DNA of 64,000 bases from Alphaproteobacteria bacterium. GTDB taxonomy: Bacteria; Pseudomonadota; Alphaproteobacteria; Micropepsales; Micropepsaceae. The stretch spans positions 678 to 64,677 of the forward strand of contig JAXMEA010000014.1 in assembly GCA_046348525.1 (NCBI GenBank), written 5' to 3'. Every line of letters starts with the position of its first letter. The first letter of the stretch is position 1. Shown piece after piece: positions 61,680-64,000 of this stretch. The position numbers and the translations under genes were made by a program. The notes beneath the pieces were generated by a model. The model saw nothing but the letters and a program-made list of their open reading frames with translations, had not been told where the DNA came from and did no database searches.

Positions 61680-63308
61680 TTAGAATTTGTACGGATGGCG
61701 TTCGACAAAGTCGATCTGCCTGGGATTCAGCGTTTCGACCGTCAGGCCGTCATCGCCGAACACCAGGCGCTGTTCGCGCCTGGGATTGTAGAGCGGGATC
61801 TTGGCTTCCGCCGTCGCCGGGTTGCCGGTTTTGGCAAAGGCCACCAGCACATCCTGCATCTGGTTCGACAGCTTGTAGTCATACGGCGTCCAGTCGCGGG
61901 TGTGGCGGTAAAGATTCAGCGAATCCAACGTGCCGTACCAGAAGGGCAGGTCCGAATTGTGATAGGCGCCGGCCTTGGTCACATCCATGTCGGTAATCAC
62001 CACGCCCGGCGGATAGGGATGCTGGTGATTATACTGGGCCAGCCACACCGGCGCCTTGCCGGTGGCGCTCTGCGCCTTCGCCCAGCTGCGGCCCATGATG
62101 CCGAAACCCATGATACGGGCGACGAACTTGGCCTGCTTGGCCGCCTCGGCATCGTTCTTCGCCGGGAACAGCTTCAGGAATTCCGGCGCATCGGCGCCAT
62201 ACAGTTGTTGTGCCGCATTTTGGTATTCGGCCAGGGTGCGCGCCTCGGTCACCACATTCTTGCTGCCGATATCGTTGCCCACCGAGGCGAGCAGCATTGG
62301 CACGTCGATCTGCTTGCCCGCCGCATAGGTCTGGTCCGGCGTGGCCGGCACGACATAGCCGTCCACGTTCGGGCCGCTGAAGGTGATCTTGTTCTGCGCC
62401 GCGGTCACCGTGACCTGGTCGGCGGGGATGGTGCGCATCTGGGCGATGTCGCGTGACTTCATCGCCTGTTGCAGCTTCACGCCCTGCGCCTCCATTTCCG
62501 CCAGCGTGGCCAAATGCGGGCTGGTGGCGCCATGATAGCCGCCCGACATGCCCACCAGCTTGGCATACAGGCCCTTGGCCATGGGCGAGGATTCCAGCAG
62601 ATCCACCGCCATGGCGCCGGCCGACTGGCCCACCACCGTGACGTTGGCCGGATCGCCGCCGAACGCCGCGATATTGCGCTGGATCCATTTCAGCCCGGCG
62701 ATCTGGTCCATCAGGCCGTAATTGCCCGACGCATTGTGACCGCTTTCCCTGGTCAGTTCCGGATGCGCCAGGTTGCCGAAGATGTTCACGCGGTAGGAGA
62801 TCCCCATGAAGATCACCCCCTTCTTCGCCAGCGGTTCGCCGCCATAGACGTCGAAGTTGATGGAGCCTTCCTGGAAGCCGCCGCCATGGATCCACACCAC
62901 CACCGGCAGCTTGTCGCCGATCTTTGCGCCGGGCGGCGTCCAGATGTTCATGTACAGGCAGTCTTCGCTGGATTTGATCTCGCCGAAATAGTGGTTCAGC
63001 GTCGTGGCCCGCAGCGCGATGTAGCAGTTGGTGATCTTGCTGTCGGCATTGTAGATGCCCTTCCACGGCTTGACCGGCGCCGGCGCGGCCCAGCGCAGTT
63101 CGCGCACCGGCGGCGCAGCAAACGGCACCCCCAGATACGCCTTCACGCCCGAGTCCAGCAGGGTGCCCGACAACTTGCCGCTTTCGATGGTGATGGGATC
63201 GCCGGGAATCGGGTTCATCACACCGGCCTTTACTGGTGTATGGGCGCCCGTCAGGGCCAGCAACGCCATTGCAGTGCAGCAAACCAAAGCCTTGAAGCGT
63301 CCCATCAT
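61680..63308 (-). CDS. type-B carboxylesterase, exported
   Basis: GVPFAAPP, SEDCLY, WIHGGG, GQSAG, GAYH. Confidence 0.93.
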   Translation of the reverse strand: MMGRFKALVCCTAMALLALTGAHTPVKAGVMNPIPGDPITIESGKLSGTLLDSGVKAYLGVPFAAPPVRELRWAAPAPVKPWKGIYNADSKITNCYIALRATTLNHYFGEIKSSEDCLYMNIWTPPGAKIGDKLPVVVWIHGGGFQEGSINFDVYGGEPLAKKGVIFMGISYRVNIFGNLAHPELTRESGHNASGNYGLMDQIAGLKWIQRNIAAFGGDPANVTVVGQSAGAMAVDLLESSPMAKGLYAKLVGMSGGYHGATSPHLATLAEMEAQGVKLQQAMKSRDIAQMRTIPADQVTVTAAQNKITFSGPNVDGYVVPATPDQTYAAGKQIDVPMLLASVGNDIGSKNVVTEARTLAEYQNAAQQLYGADAPEFLKLFPAKNDAEAAKQAKFVARIMGFGIMGRSWAKAQSATGKAPVWLAQYNHQHPYPPGVVITDMDVTKAGAYHNSDLPFWYGTLDSLNLYRHTRDWTPYDYKLSNQMQDVLVAFAKTGNPATAEAKIPLYNPRREQRLVFGDDGLTVETLNPRQIDFVERHPYKF

Positions 63309-63407
63309 TCCCTCCGTGAATGGGCGCTGTTCTAGGACAATTCCCGCGTCCTTGCACGGCCCCTGCCCCGGACCTAGAGCTTTCCAAAAAAATAATGGGG
63401 GGACGGT

Positions 63408-64000
63408 ATGGCTTTGCGCAAAATCTTGCTTGGTACGGTGCTGTTGTGCAGCGCGGCGCTGCCCACCAATGGCGAAGCGCCCAAAAAGCCGCCGCGGCCA
63501 AATCCTTTACCGGCGCCACCGCCAACTTGGCGCCCGGCGACGCCGCCGGGCAATGGACGCGCCAGGCGCGCGACTATGCCAACACCCGCTACAGCCCGCT
63601 GACCCAGATCAACAGCGGCAATGTCGGGCGGCTGCGCATTGCCTGGACCTTCAGCGACGGACAGATGTACGGCCATGAGGGCGCGCCGCTGGTGGTGGGC
63701 GACACCATGTATGTGGTCACGCCCTATCCCAACATCGCCTATGCATTGGACCTGTCCAAACCTGGCGCGCCGATCAAGTGGGTGTTCCAGCCCAATCCCG
63801 ATCCGCGGTCCATCGGCAAAGCGTGCTGCGACAAGGTTCTGCGCGGCTGGGCGTTCGCCGACAACAAGCTGATCTACAATCTGCTGGACGACAACACCGT
63901 GGCGGTGGACGTCACCACCGGCAAGGAAGCCTGGCGCGTCAAGCTGGACAACGTCACCAAGGGCCCGACCATGACCATGGCGGCATTCGTGGTCGGCGAC
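63408..64000 (+). CDS. PQQ-dependent methanol/ethanol-family dehydrogenase (3'-partial; apparent frameshift near 63460-63480)
   Basis: A second frame reads DYANTRYSPLTQIN..GHEGAPLVVGDTMYVVTPYPN..ACCD, with the adjacent Cys pair. The signal peptide MALRKILLGTVLL lies in a different frame. Confidence 0.85.

Overview
High-GC alphaproteobacterial chromosome segment. The lineage is inferred from fliX, a TacA-like regulator, GapR/DUF2312, split pntA and the sucAB and rplU-rpmA-obgE-proBA-nadD-rsfS-rlmH gene order. About 1-42 kb is mostly core: sucAB, the obgE/pro operon, alkB, an EAL phosphodiesterase, lolA, gpsA, transhydrogenase, tacA, gapR, pyk, glcDEF, rpmJ, an MltB-type transglycosylase and alpha-2-macroglobulin/pbpC. 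About 42-64 kb looks accessory. It holds a GntR-MFS-RutA-like-RutB-like-TonB receptor-phosphoesterase cluster and a block of exported beta-propeller, PQQ, lactonase and carbohydrate enzymes. I saw no tRNA, rRNA, CRISPR array or transposase. The best new candidates are an unannotated ~150-nt structured sRNA at 13.57-13.72 kb with its own promoter and terminator, the divergent Rut-like scavenging cluster with a palindromic operator, an orphan fliX keeping CtrA- and sigma54-like signals, and Lys-rich histone-like extensions on RsfS and ObgE. The sucA/sucB junction (C28G59 run plus indels) and probably the start of the last gene carry sequencing errors.
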